Shown: positions 20,583 to 31,027 of the stretch, one piece after another
Position numbering within the stretch: the first letter of the stretch is position 1
Layout of the letters: each line of letters starts with the position of its first letter
DNA from: a virus
Length of the DNA: 64,000 nucleotides
Virus record (IMG/VR): IMGVR_UViG_3300036985_009306
Location: 96,001-160,000 of that record
Strand: one strand, 5' to 3'
Notes under the pieces: generated by a model
Told to the model about the DNA's origin: nothing
The model's input: the letters and a program-made list of their open reading frames with translations, nothing else
The model's database searches: none
Position numbers and translations under genes: made by a program

Positions 20583-21043
20583 TGAAAAGATTAGGTTGGT
20601 ACATTTTATTAGCAAAACAAGGTTTTGAGAATTCAATAAAAGAAGATATTCATATTTGTAAAGAAGAATTTTCAATTGAGGACATTTTAGTTTCTGAAGA
20701 ACTTTCAGGTTATGTTTTTATTCGTTCTATTGAAATTTCTAATGATTGTCTTCATTTTTTATTGAGTATCAATGGTGTTGTAAAATTTCTTGGCAAAAAA
20801 CATGAGAATGGAAAAACTTTACTTCAAAAATTTAGCAATAGTGAAATAGACAAACTAAGACTTCAACCCAAAAAGAATATGAGAGAAGTTTTTCAAATTG
20901 GAGATCAAATAATCATCAAACGAGGAGATTTAGCTGATATTGAAGGCAGGATTATCGAAATAAAAAAGAGAATAGTCAAAATTCAACCTACAATATTTCA
21001 TAAAGTCGTAAGAGCAAGAATCCAAGATATAGAGTTCATATGA
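20582..21043 (+). CDS. nusG: NusG/RfaH-family transcription elongation factor
   Basis: NGN domain WYILLAKQGFE...SGYVFI...INGVVKFLG; KOW domain FQIGDQIIIKRGDLADIEGRIIEI. Confidence 0.8.
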   Translation: MKRLGWYILLAKQGFENSIKEDIHICKEEFSIEDILVSEELSGYVFIRSIEISNDCLHFLLSINGVVKFLGKKHENGKTLLQKFSNSEIDKLRLQPKKNMREVFQIGDQIIIKRGDLADIEGRIIEIKKRIVKIQPTIFHKVVRARIQDIEFI

Positions 21044-22593
21044 ATATTTTGGACGCATTCTTGCATAAATCTTTCAGGCCTTATCAAAAAGAAACAATTC
21101 TAGACATCCAACAGAGTTTTGATAATGGAATAGAAAATGTAGTTCTAGAAAGTCCTACGGGTTCAGGAAAAAGTGCAATTGCTATTTGTTTAGGATTATA
21201 TTATCAATCTTCATTTTTATTGACATCTCAAAAAATACTTCAAGATCAATATATACAAGACTATAGTTCAAATAGAGTATGTGTTCTTAAAGGAAGGAAC
21301 AATTATCCTTGTAAACTTATTCCTGATTTTACTTGTGAAGATTCTTATTGTTCTACAAAACAATGTCCTATTAAACTGGAATGTTGTTATGAAATTGCCA
21401 AACAAAAAGCTGTTGAAGCTTATGTTGCATTAATGAATTATAAATACTTTTTGTGTATTACAAACTATACAGGAACTTTTTCTCCAAGGAAGTTATTAAT
21501 CTGTGATGAAGGACATAGTCTAGATGATGAAATTTTGTCATTTGTCGAGTTTAGTTTTTCTTCTTTTTATTTGTCGAAATTGGGAGTTACATCTAAAATT
21601 CCAGTTTATGAAAAATTAGAGGACTATATAGTTTGGTTAGAAATGCTTTGTCAAAAAATTAAGCATAGAAAACAGATTGTACAAGAAAAATTAAAGAATA
21701 AATTTTTAGATGTAACAGTTATATCAGATTTGCAAAGAGAATTAGAGAGTTTGATAACACAAGAGGAAAGAGTTAAAGAATTTTTACAAAGCAATAAGAG
21801 CGTAGAATGGATTTTTGATATAACTATAAATGAAAAATTGAAGTCAAAGTCCATTATTTTTAAGCCTCTAACAGTAGGTTATTTTGCACAAAAATTGATT
21901 TTCAAACATGCTGAAAATAAACTGTTTATGTCTGCTACTATTCTTGATAATGAAAATTTTTGTAAGAATTTGGGAATAGATCTGACAAAAACAAAGTTCA
22001 TAAGAGTTCCTTCAACTTTTTCTAAAGACATACGTCCTATAATATTGACTCGATCAGGTAATCTTGGAAAGAATGATTTAGATGCAAGTTTACCAAATAT
22101 TGTTAAAGATGTAGGCAGAATATTAGATTTTCATGAAGGACAGAAGGGGCTGATTCATTGTCATACTTACCGAATAGCAAATTATATTCAAGACAACATA
22201 GATCCAAAATTTAAGGATAGAATCCTTCTTCATAATAGTGATACAAGAGAAGAGATTCTTAAGTTATTTATTTCTTCTATAGAACCCAAAGTTTTAGTAA
22301 CACCTTCGATGACAGAGGGAATAGATCTTAAAGATGATTTAGCTCGGTTCGTCGTTATAGTGAAATTGCCATTCTTGTTTTTGGGTGATAAACAAATTAA
22401 GAAAAGAATGGAAATGGACCAAGAATGGTATAGATGGAAAACAGCACTTACATTAGTTCAAGCCGCAGGACGTGGTGTGAGACATGACAAGGATTTTTGT
22501 ACTATTTATGTAATGGACAGCCAATTTAATTTTTTCTTGAAGAATAATATGAAATTTTTTCCTAATTACTTTGTTGATGCGATTAAAAATTAA
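21040..22593 (+). CDS. DinG/Rad3-like helicase
   Basis: SPTGSGKS; ICDEGH; MSATI; EGIDLKDD...KLPF; QAAGRGVRHDKD. Confidence 0.88.
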   Translation: MNILDAFLHKSFRPYQKETILDIQQSFDNGIENVVLESPTGSGKSAIAICLGLYYQSSFLLTSQKILQDQYIQDYSSNRVCVLKGRNNYPCKLIPDFTCEDSYCSTKQCPIKLECCYEIAKQKAVEAYVALMNYKYFLCITNYTGTFSPRKLLICDEGHSLDDEILSFVEFSFSSFYLSKLGVTSKIPVYEKLEDYIVWLEMLCQKIKHRKQIVQEKLKNKFLDVTVISDLQRELESLITQEERVKEFLQSNKSVEWIFDITINEKLKSKSIIFKPLTVGYFAQKLIFKHAENKLFMSATILDNENFCKNLGIDLTKTKFIRVPSTFSKDIRPIILTRSGNLGKNDLDASLPNIVKDVGRILDFHEGQKGLIHCHTYRIANYIQDNIDPKFKDRILLHNSDTREEILKLFISSIEPKVLVTPSMTEGIDLKDDLARFVVIVKLPFLFLGDKQIKKRMEMDQEWYRWKTALTLVQAAGRGVRHDKDFCTIYVMDSQFNFFLKNNMKFFPNYFVDAIKN

Positions 22594-22841
22594 TATAGAA
22601 ATTAGACATGGACATTAAAGAAATAGAAGATCATGAAAACAGAAGAAAACTAGTAAATTAGGATCAGCATTTGAATCCGTAAACCAACCATCCGGTCGGC
22701 GCTCTATGGCAATTATTCATTAATGTGGTTTGCTCTTGGTTTGATGCTTGGTGGAATTTACGAGAAGCGCCGTTGTAAGAAATTCGCCCGTTTTTGGAGA
22801 GAGCACAATACTGAAAAAGGTTTTATGAAAGATTAAGAAAG

Positions 22842-23765
22842 ATGGTAGTAATTATAGATGGAAATCAACTTGCTTGTAGATGTTATTTTTCGATAATTAC
22901 GAAAAATGGTCATAGAAATATTTTAACATCAAAAACAGGGCAAAGAACTGAAACAATTTATAGTTTTTTGGCTTCTTTTAGGAAAATTATTAGAACATAC
23001 AAAGAGCAAGACACTACATTCTTTCTTACTTGGGATGGAGGAAATGATAGAAGAAAATCTATCTATCCTCAATATAAAGCCGGAAGAAAACCATTTGAAG
23101 ATGAGTTTTATGAACAATTAGAACAAATTAGAGGTATAGTAAAACTTCTTGGAATAAAACAGTATCATTTTCTAGCTGTTGAAGCTGACGATCTAATAGG
23201 TACTCTTACATATAAGTCAAGAAAAAAAGGCAAGAAAGTTTTAATAATTAGTTCTGATCATGATTTTGAACAACTTATATCAAGACATGTAAAAGTTCTT
23301 CACCCATTAGCAAATGACTTAATAAAAGATGAAAAATTTGTTTTAGATAATTATGGAGTAAGGCCTGATAGGTTGATAGAGGTGATGGCTCTTACAGGTG
23401 ACACGACAGATAATATTCCAGGAATTGACGGTGTAGGTGATAAAACAGCTTCAAAATTGATTTTAGCAAATGGTTCGCTTGCTTACTTATTAAATAATAC
23501 AGATAATATTTGCATTTTAAATAGAAAAGGACAATCTGTTCTTGTAAAGCCTGAATTACAACAAAAAATAAAGAATAATATAGAAAACATAAAAATTGCG
23601 TATCAATTAGTGAAAATTAATTGTGACTTGGATATAGAGCCAGATTTTTCAAAGCAGCCTGTAGATTTGAATTCAGTATTGGAAAAATTTAAAGAATTAG
23701 ATTTTGAGCAGTTTAAAGATGATTTCAAAAAGTGGGAAGACTGTTTTAGCGATTGCTCAAGATGA
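22842..23765 (+). CDS. 5'-3' exonuclease / flap endonuclease (PolI N-terminal-like)
   Basis: IIDGN; YPQYKAGR; EADDLIG; SSDHDFEQL; GDTTDNIPGIDGVGDKTA. Confidence 0.92.
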   Translation: MVVIIDGNQLACRCYFSIITKNGHRNILTSKTGQRTETIYSFLASFRKIIRTYKEQDTTFFLTWDGGNDRRKSIYPQYKAGRKPFEDEFYEQLEQIRGIVKLLGIKQYHFLAVEADDLIGTLTYKSRKKGKKVLIISSDHDFEQLISRHVKVLHPLANDLIKDEKFVLDNYGVRPDRLIEVMALTGDTTDNIPGIDGVGDKTASKLILANGSLAYLLNNTDNICILNRKGQSVLVKPELQQKIKNNIENIKIAYQLVKINCDLDIEPDFSKQPVDLNSVLEKFKELDFEQFKDDFKKWEDCFSDCSR

Positions 23766-24465
23766 AGCTGTTCTTTTTATGCATGAAAAGACAGGTTTGG
23801 GAAATAGATTTTTACGTTTAATTATTGAGATTTTTATTATTATAATTAAAAGAATTTTAATAGAACAAGGTGAACTTTATATTTTGGGTTTTGGAAAATT
23901 TAGATTAAAGATTTACAGATATAAAGAAAGAATTGATAGTTACAATGTATTTTTTTCAGCTTGTGATGATTTTAAAGAAATAATGAAGGGACAAAGAAAA
24001 ATAAAAATGATACCAAAACAAGCTTTTATTTTGAAAAAAAAATTCATTGAAGTTGCCAGAATGTTGGGTGTCAGTTATGAAGATGTGAAATACTTGTTTT
24101 CTTTATATATTTATTGCATAATAGTTTACTTGCTGAAGTACAATGAATATAAATTACCTAAGTTTGGGTGGTTTAAAATAATTGACAAGCCTTATCTTAA
24201 ACTTTCAGGACTTTCAAAGAAATTTAATAGTGAAGTCAATACAAGGCAAGTTGTTTTTAAATTAACACCTTTGGGTGTTAGAGAAATAAACAGATGGAAA
24301 AGATCTATAAGTGCTTGTAAAAGATTAAAGAGAATGTTTTATTTTTCAAAAATTGATAGAACTATTAAATCTAGACCACGTTTAATAAAAGATAATGATG
24401 TGCCTAAAGCAAAATTTTTTTATGATTATTATTATTCACAAATAAATAAAAATTCGACAATATGA
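23704..24465 (+). CDS. Tandem HU/IHF-like DNA-binding protein (start uncertain)
   Basis: Two HU-like units: ...GELYILGFGKFRLK and ...EYKLPKFGWFKII. Confidence 0.55.
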   Translation: MSSLKMISKSGKTVLAIAQDEAVLFMHEKTGLGNRFLRLIIEIFIIIIKRILIEQGELYILGFGKFRLKIYRYKERIDSYNVFFSACDDFKEIMKGQRKIKMIPKQAFILKKKFIEVARMLGVSYEDVKYLFSLYIYCIIVYLLKYNEYKLPKFGWFKIIDKPYLKLSGLSKKFNSEVNTRQVVFKLTPLGVREINRWKRSISACKRLKRMFYFSKIDRTIKSRPRLIKDNDVPKAKFFYDYYYSQINKNSTI

Positions 24466-25052
24466 TTACAAGAAAACAAAATGATGAAAAAGAGTTTTTC
24501 ATCAAAGTTTCTATAAAGATAGGTGACAAATTAATTGAACAAGATTTAGAAGAATCATTTTCTATACCTACTTCGGACAAATTGACTCTTCCATTAGTTC
24601 TTAAAATGTTAGCAGAGAACCCTGTTCTTCATGCAAGATGGAATATATTGTATAATGAATCTGTGTATGAATTTGATATTCTAAAAACGAGATTTGAAGT
24701 TTGGCTTTCAAAAAAATCAACTGAATATAGAAAGGAGATAGAAAAAGTTTCAAAAGGTAGAGTTACAGATAAAATGGTAGAAGAAATGTTAAAAATGGAT
24801 CCAGAATATGAGAAAATTTCTAATGAGCTTTCTTTAGCAAAGAAAAATATGAAACATATATTTGTTTTATCAAATGGTTTTGGAGAAAAAGGTGATAAAA
24901 TTGTAAATATTGCTTCATTATTAAAGTGGGAAGCTGAAAATCTTGGAGGTAAGGGATTTATTGAAAAGAAACAATATCATCATATTCAAAGAAATTTTGA
25001 AGATAAAAAAACAGCTTCAGATCCAAACGTAAATGATGGGTGGCCATCTTGA
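24462..25052 (+). CDS. UvsY-like recombination mediator
   Basis: Helical; RVTDKMVEEML..DPEY pattern; upstream of SSB and RecA. Confidence 0.5.
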   Translation: MITRKQNDEKEFFIKVSIKIGDKLIEQDLEESFSIPTSDKLTLPLVLKMLAENPVLHARWNILYNESVYEFDILKTRFEVWLSKKSTEYRKEIEKVSKGRVTDKMVEEMLKMDPEYEKISNELSLAKKNMKHIFVLSNGFGEKGDKIVNIASLLKWEAENLGGKGFIEKKQYHHIQRNFEDKKTASDPNVNDGWPS

Positions 25053-25120
25053 TATAAATGACAAGTAAGAAACATTAAAGTATATAAATAAAATAATAGA
25101 TTTACTAAAACTTTAAAAAA

Positions 25121-26293
25121 ATGGAGGATGACATGGCTGACAAGACGAATCCTTGGTTAGATGAAGGTCAAAAATATGATCAGGAGAACAAACAAAAAGA
25201 AGTTAGAGAATTGAAATTTCAAGACAACAAGACACATACAGTTAGAGTTGTACAGAAAAAAGAAGGAGATATTCCATTTTGTGGTTATAAACAACATTGG
25301 ATACCACAAAATGGTTCAACAACTGGTAAACCAATTACACATGGGATTGATGAGAGATGTGGAGTATGCAATTGGGTTTCAACACAATGGGATGAAATCC
25401 ATCGTTTAAAAGAAGAAGAAGATATGACAGATAAAAGTCCTGAGGTAGTTGCTGTTTTTGAAAAACAACAAAAAGTGGCAGCAAAAACAAAATATGATAT
25501 GAATGTTCTCCATCGTGAGGATCTTTATGTTATAAATAAAGAAACAGGGGAAAAGATATTAGCTCCAAAAAGAATGTGTGCAGGATCAACTGTTTATAAA
25601 GAAATATTTGGATATGCAAAAAAATGGGGAAGTCCTTCTAATGCTAAATCAGGTTATGATCTTGAAATAAAAACAACAGGAGCTAAAGAGAGAAGAGAAT
25701 ATAGTGTCATTCCAGATCGTAATGCTTCTCCTTTGACTGAAGAAGAAATTAAATCTTTGGACAAATGCTTTACTTTAGATCAGTATAGAAAAACAACATC
25801 TATATCTGATATTAAAAAGATTTTAGAAAATGCAAAGTCACCTTATAATGAAATTTTGAGTTTTATTAAAGAAGATGGTATAGCTTCTATACAAACAGTT
25901 TCTTCAAAATCTCAAGACAATCCAGTTGAGGTTGAGAAGGAAATTAATCAGGCTATAAAATCTGAGCCAAAAAAAGAAGAGAAAAAGTCAGAACCTGTTA
26001 AAGAAGAACCTAAGAAGGAAGAGCCCAAAAAAGAAGAAGTAAAACCAGCACCTGTTGATGATGAACATAATATTGAAGTTTATGAGTGCAAGGGTGATCA
26101 TGATGAGAATGATCAGATGTGTGTTGATTGTCCTGTAAAAACTGATTGTGAAGAGATTCATCCGATTTATGTGAAGGCAAAACAATTGGGAGTAAATATC
26201 GACCCTCATAGACGAATAGCAGAGATAAAAGAGGATGTCAAAAAATTGGAAGAACCTGCAAAACCTGTAAGAGGTAAAAAGATACCCTTTTAA
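25121..26293 (+). CDS. Single-stranded DNA-binding protein (gp32-like)
   Basis: TVRVV...KQHW...CGVC Zn site; GYDLEIKTTG...YSV; low-complexity EPKKEE tail. Confidence 0.7.
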   Translation: MEDDMADKTNPWLDEGQKYDQENKQKEVRELKFQDNKTHTVRVVQKKEGDIPFCGYKQHWIPQNGSTTGKPITHGIDERCGVCNWVSTQWDEIHRLKEEEDMTDKSPEVVAVFEKQQKVAAKTKYDMNVLHREDLYVINKETGEKILAPKRMCAGSTVYKEIFGYAKKWGSPSNAKSGYDLEIKTTGAKERREYSVIPDRNASPLTEEEIKSLDKCFTLDQYRKTTSISDIKKILENAKSPYNEILSFIKEDGIASIQTVSSKSQDNPVEVEKEINQAIKSEPKKEEKKSEPVKEEPKKEEPKKEEVKPAPVDDEHNIEVYECKGDHDENDQMCVDCPVKTDCEEIHPIYVKAKQLGVNIDPHRRIAEIKEDVKKLEEPAKPVRGKKIPF

Positions 26294-26372
26294 ACAGATA
26301 GGAAACAAAAATGAGGTTGTGATAGTGAGGGAAAATATTTTGAATTAAAGGTTGTTTAAAATTGGAGAAACA

Positions 26373-27635
26373 ATGAACACACTTTCTGCAGCAGAAAGAA
26401 TTGAGAAAAAGTTTGGTGGAAAATGGGAAAAAGCTGGAAGCGGAATTTTGAAGCCTCCAGCTTCTATTTCTACTGGTTCAATCTTAATGGATCAAGCAAT
26501 TGGAGATTGCAAAGGTTATCCTGAAGGAAGTATAATTGAGATTTATGGTCCTCAACATTCAGGTAAGACCTTAATGGGATATCTTGCAATTGCTTCTTCT
26601 CAAAGAAAAAATGCAAAAAAAGATCATCTTATAATTGATGCTGAGAATCAATTTAGATTTCAGTCTAGATGGGCTAAGCAAGTAGGTGTAGATGTACCCA
26701 ATCTTTATGTCAAACCTGTTACTTCAGGAGAAGAAGCTTTTGATATTATTGAAATGGCTATTTTGGGAGACGTAAAAATTAATACAGATGGAGAAGTTGC
26801 TGGAGTGGTCGAACCAGGTAATTTTGGAATTATTATGGTTGATTCTGTTACTCAATTAGTTCCTTTGGAAATGATTCATAAGGGAATGGATGAGTCTCAG
26901 AGAATGGCTTCAGTTGCAGCAATGATGTCAAGAGGTTTGAAGAAAATTTTGTCTGCAATGGTTATCTCTAATTCAAAGACAATAATAATATTTATTAATC
27001 AAGTCAGAATGAATCCTCAACCAAAATATGGGGCAAATCCGGAGAATAGAACAGGAGGAATGGCTCTTCCTTTTTATAATACTATTTCTTTTAGAGTTTC
27101 AAAAGTTAGAAAATCTGAAGAAAGAGATGAAAGAGGAATGATATTTGCTCATCAAGCTAAAGTAAAGTTTGATAAAAATAAAGCAGGTGGTCTACCTGCT
27201 GATCCTATTATAATTAGAATTTGTTATGATGGTACCGGTATAGATCAAGATGCTGAATTAGCATCTGTAGCAGAATTGAATGGAATTATAAAAGAAGTTA
27301 AGAAGGGTAAGTTTAATTTCTTCAAACCTGGTACTGATGATCTTCTTGATAATAATATAGAAAATTTTAAGAGAGATGATTTTAGAATAGTTTTAGATCA
27401 ACATAAAGAGATAAAAGATTTGATTTATAAGTTCATTCAAGAAGGAAAATTTTATTCTACTAGTGAAGTAGAAGAAGATAACCCTGAAGTAGAAGAACTT
27501 TCTGATGCAAAAAAAGTAATGACTGAAACAGTTGGAACAGAAAATTTGAATGAAAAAACAAATAATGAAACTGTATCAGTAAGTGTATCTGAACTTGAAG
27601 AACAAACAACTAGAAAAAGACGAAAAGTTTCATGA
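26373..27635 (+). CDS. recA: RecA/UvsX recombinase
   Basis: ISTGSILMD; EIYGPQHSGKT; IDAE; VDSV; FINQVR; TGGMALPFY. Confidence 0.95.
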   Translation: MNTLSAAERIEKKFGGKWEKAGSGILKPPASISTGSILMDQAIGDCKGYPEGSIIEIYGPQHSGKTLMGYLAIASSQRKNAKKDHLIIDAENQFRFQSRWAKQVGVDVPNLYVKPVTSGEEAFDIIEMAILGDVKINTDGEVAGVVEPGNFGIIMVDSVTQLVPLEMIHKGMDESQRMASVAAMMSRGLKKILSAMVISNSKTIIIFINQVRMNPQPKYGANPENRTGGMALPFYNTISFRVSKVRKSEERDERGMIFAHQAKVKFDKNKAGGLPADPIIIRICYDGTGIDQDAELASVAELNGIIKEVKKGKFNFFKPGTDDLLDNNIENFKRDDFRIVLDQHKEIKDLIYKFIQEGKFYSTSEVEEDNPEVEELSDAKKVMTETVGTENLNEKTNNETVSVSVSELEEQTTRKRRKVS

Positions 27636-28273
27636 AAATACTTGGTTTAGACGTCTCGTCACATTCGACAGGTTGGGGAATAATTGATTCTGACAAAATT
27701 AATACGAAATTGATTGGATATGGTTTGATCAGGAACGACAATTCAATGGGTCAGACTCAAAGACTTTATTTTCAGGGAAATGAACTTAAGAAAATTATAG
27801 AAAAGTTTTGTCCTGATCATATTGGAATTGAAGAAACTATTTTGGTTCGTGGTCCAAAAATAATGAGAACTTTGGCTAGATTTTCAGGTGTTGCTCTTTT
27901 TCAATCATATAGTTATCAAAAGAAAGAAATATTTTGTTTTGAACCATCGGCTTGGAAAAAAACATTAGGAGTTGGAGGTAATGCAACTAAGGCTGAAGTT
28001 CAAACTGAAATATGTTCTAGATTTAATCTATTAACACCCAAACAAATTGACGACTATAAGAAGATTTTCAGTACAATTGAACAAGCAGTTAGTACTATGA
28101 GATTATTATGTAAAGGACAAAAATTAAAGAGAAAAGATGTTAACAAGAAAATTAAAGAAATAGAAAAACAGTATGAAACAGTGAGTACAAACATTTATAG
28201 TGATTGTGGAATAAATAGTGATATTGCAGATTCTATTGCTGTTGCACTTGCAGTGTTAAATGAAATTAGATAG
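27632..28273 (+). CDS. ruvC: RuvC-like Holliday junction resolvase
   Basis: ILGLDVSSHSTGWG; IGIEE; PSAWKK..G.GGNATKAEV; DIADSIAVA. Confidence 0.85.
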   Translation: MKILGLDVSSHSTGWGIIDSDKINTKLIGYGLIRNDNSMGQTQRLYFQGNELKKIIEKFCPDHIGIEETILVRGPKIMRTLARFSGVALFQSYSYQKKEIFCFEPSAWKKTLGVGGNATKAEVQTEICSRFNLLTPKQIDDYKKIFSTIEQAVSTMRLLCKGQKLKRKDVNKKIKEIEKQYETVSTNIYSDCGINSDIADSIAVALAVLNEIR

Positions 28274-28691
28274 AAATTACCATTACGATGAACAACAAGG
28301 TATTTTTGTTTTTGATGATGAATTGTCAATTAATTGGCTTCTTTCACAAGTTCTCAACAAATCTAATCTGCAAATCACAAAAATATCTAATGAGGAACTC
28401 AATCTTTTTCTCACCTTGCTTAATGATTCAGATCTCAGGATGCCAAATGGGCAACATAGTCTTTTTTGGTTGCGTGAACAGTTAAAAGAAAAAATGCAAT
28501 TAGCTGACTCTAAAACAGGAGAGTCATGGCATCATACAACAATAAGATTTAGATTCATAATAGAACAAGTAGACCATATTCTTGCAAGTTCAAAAGATCT
28601 CAAAGAGAAACAAGAAATAAAGAAAGAAGAACAACTTAAACAGATCAAAAGAGATCCCAATAACATGGAGGCTCATTTTGAACCAATCTGA
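28260..28691 (+). CDS. Hypothetical protein
   Basis: Operonic overlap. Confidence 0.5.
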   Translation: MKLDRNYHYDEQQGIFVFDDELSINWLLSQVLNKSNLQITKISNEELNLFLTLLNDSDLRMPNGQHSLFWLREQLKEKMQLADSKTGESWHHTTIRFRFIIEQVDHILASSKDLKEKQEIKKEEQLKQIKRDPNNMEAHFEPI

Positions 28692-28730
28692 TAAAATACA
28701 TGTTCCTTATAACACTAAAGGAGACTCTTT

Positions 28731-29492
28731 ATGAAACACATTCTCTATTCTATCTTCGTTCTATTGTTCTTGCACATAACATTAGCTCAGGAATATGCAC
28801 AAAAAGTTTCTCTCACACCTCTCGTGTCTCTGACATGTCCACAACACGATTTCAACGACAACTACAAAAATGCGTTTGGGTCCGGATTTGAACTCGGTAT
28901 TAACAAAGATTATACAGACATCGGCTTAAATACATTCGTCGCCTGGTATATTGATTATTTCAAAATCTCTGACTATAATAATTACGGCACTATAAACAGT
29001 ATCCACATAGGTTATAACTGGTATGTGTATTTCCTTTCTACAGGCTACAGCGTCGGTTGCTCTCGATTTTATGTTCCTGACAGCATATACCAACACCTTG
29101 GTAATAATACAGGTACAGAACTACTTAGTGAAAATAATTATAACCAACTCTCATTCTCAAACGACATCGGACTACGCTTTCCAATACGTCCATTATCTTC
29201 TTCACTATCATTTTACTATCACTTAGTTACAGTTGAACGTGCTTGGATGTTCTGGCATCAATCACTATCACAAGTAATCTCATCATTTGTCCCAGTATTA
29301 TTCGAAGATTGGGCATTAGATGCTGTAAAACACAATAATATGGCAGGTGCAATTTTTTTCAAATTAGTCAGTTCAGGTATAACATATGTTTGGTATGATT
29401 ACAATTACAAACATCATAATTGGCCCTGGCATGATAGTAAAGCTCTAAATTACCAGAGAGCTGTTTTCAAGATTTCATTTTACCTTAACTAG
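28731..29492 (+). CDS. Secreted protein, putative outer-membrane beta-barrel
   Basis: Signal peptide ending LA|QE; aromatic-rich amphipathic strands; C-terminal FKISFYLN; AAAGGAG SD. Confidence 0.5.
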   Translation: MKHILYSIFVLLFLHITLAQEYAQKVSLTPLVSLTCPQHDFNDNYKNAFGSGFELGINKDYTDIGLNTFVAWYIDYFKISDYNNYGTINSIHIGYNWYVYFLSTGYSVGCSRFYVPDSIYQHLGNNTGTELLSENNYNQLSFSNDIGLRFPIRPLSSSLSFYYHLVTVERAWMFWHQSLSQVISSFVPVLFEDWALDAVKHNNMAGAIFFKLVSSGITYVWYDYNYKHHNWPWHDSKALNYQRAVFKISFYLN

Positions 29493-29529
29493 AAGTGACG
29501 GAGAATAGGCTAGAATTAAAGGAAATACT

Positions 29530-30684
29530 ATGCAAATGGTAATATTATCTGACATACATTTGGGTAGATACAAATACGGTCGAATGAACTCAGATGGATT
29601 TGATTCTAGAACACAAGATATTCTAGATAATGTCCAACAAGCATTCGACTATGCATTAAAAAACAAAATAAACAATGTTCTCATACTTGGTGATTTTTAT
29701 CACACTAAACATCCTGCTCAAATATTTAGAAGATTAATGTCTGTCAAACTTGGTTGGGCTTTATCAAAAGGTATTAATTTATTTCTTTTATTAGGTAACC
29801 ATGATCAAGGAAAAAGTCATGGTCATGATCTAGTAGAAGCTGTAGAATTGAGTCAACAAATAGACAATCTTGGTGTTATAGAGAAACCTACATCCATAGA
29901 ATTAGAAGATTCTATTCTTTGTTTTATGCCTCATGTTAATATATTTGACATGAACATTCCTGTTGATGAATTTTATGGATATGTTATCACGAACATTAAT
30001 GAACTGACAAATATAGCAAGAAAAAGTACTGCCAAGTATAAATATTTTTTTGGACATTATCCTACAGATAAATCAGTTGCAGGAAAAAGTTTTGATATGG
30101 GAACGGATGAAAAAAGTATTAGAGTGATTCCATTAAACATATTTGACTCTACAGTTTGGACAAAAGTCTATTTAGGAGATATTCATAAACCGCAGGAGTT
30201 GAATTCATTTTGTAGACATGTGGGATCTATTGCAAGAGTAGATTTTGGAGAAGAAGGAGAAAGAAAGGGCTTTTATGTTGTTAATAGTGACAGAGATGAA
30301 TTTATAGAGATTAAAGACAGAGAATTTAAAACCTTGTTTGTAGATTTATCAGGTAATGCAAGACAGCAAATGGGTGATTTTTGTGAATGTATTCAAGATA
30401 TTGATTTGAGCAAATCAATAGTAAGATTAAAATCTGTAATTAAAGAATCAGACAAAAAGCTTGTAAGTTTTTCTGGATTAGAAGAATATTTAAAAGAAAC
30501 AAGTTGGAATTACGTAGGCAAAAGTATTGAAGAGGTAAGAGAGAGTAAAGAAGAAATTAGGATTAAGAATGAAGATATGAACTATGTGTCAATGTTCAGA
30601 AATTATCTTGAGCAATCAAATGTAGAATTAAAGGAAGAAGTATTGAAGACTGGTGAAGCCGTTTTGATGGAGATTATGAATTAA
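29530..30684 (+). CDS. sbcD: SbcD/Mre11 (gp47-like) nuclease
   Basis: LSDIHLG; LGDFYH; LGNHD; GH; LGDIHKPQ; VGSI.RVDFGE. Confidence 0.9.
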   Translation: MQMVILSDIHLGRYKYGRMNSDGFDSRTQDILDNVQQAFDYALKNKINNVLILGDFYHTKHPAQIFRRLMSVKLGWALSKGINLFLLLGNHDQGKSHGHDLVEAVELSQQIDNLGVIEKPTSIELEDSILCFMPHVNIFDMNIPVDEFYGYVITNINELTNIARKSTAKYKYFFGHYPTDKSVAGKSFDMGTDEKSIRVIPLNIFDSTVWTKVYLGDIHKPQELNSFCRHVGSIARVDFGEEGERKGFYVVNSDRDEFIEIKDREFKTLFVDLSGNARQQMGDFCECIQDIDLSKSIVRLKSVIKESDKKLVSFSGLEEYLKETSWNYVGKSIEEVRESKEEIRIKNEDMNYVSMFRNYLEQSNVELKEEVLKTGEAVLMEIMN

Positions 30685-30721
30685 TGAAAACTTTTTCATG
30701 TGTTTAGTTAAAGGAGAAAAT

Positions 30722-31027
30722 ATGAAAAAAGAACTTGGAGAAGAGGGGACTGCAATGTTTAGTTCAAGTGTTACTGCTAAAGAAAATCCTCCAGTTATTG
30801 AGCAAATGGTAATGTTGTCATTAAATATTAGTAATTTGATGTCTTTGGTTAATGATTTTTCTATCAGAATAAAATCTGTGCGTTCTTGTGTAAAAAAATC
30901 TGTTGAAAAAGAAGAAAATAAAATGCCAGATGTTTGTGAGCTTGCTCAATCTTTGATAGCATGTAATTGCAAATTGGAAAATTTGATTGAAACAATGCAA
31001 ACTCTTATTAGTTCTTTGGAGATATAA
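30722..31027 (+). CDS. Hypothetical protein
   Basis: AAAGGAG SD before ATG 30722. Confidence 0.5.
   Translation: MKKELGEEGTAMFSSSVTAKENPPVIEQMVMLSLNISNLMSLVNDFSIRIKSVRSCVKKSVEKEENKMPDVCELAQSLIACNCKLENLIETMQTLISSLEI

Noticed and set aside
22670-22835. GC-richer patch between the helicase and exonuclease as another attC-like element
   Set aside because: No CAACAG left end, GTT core or paired arms found
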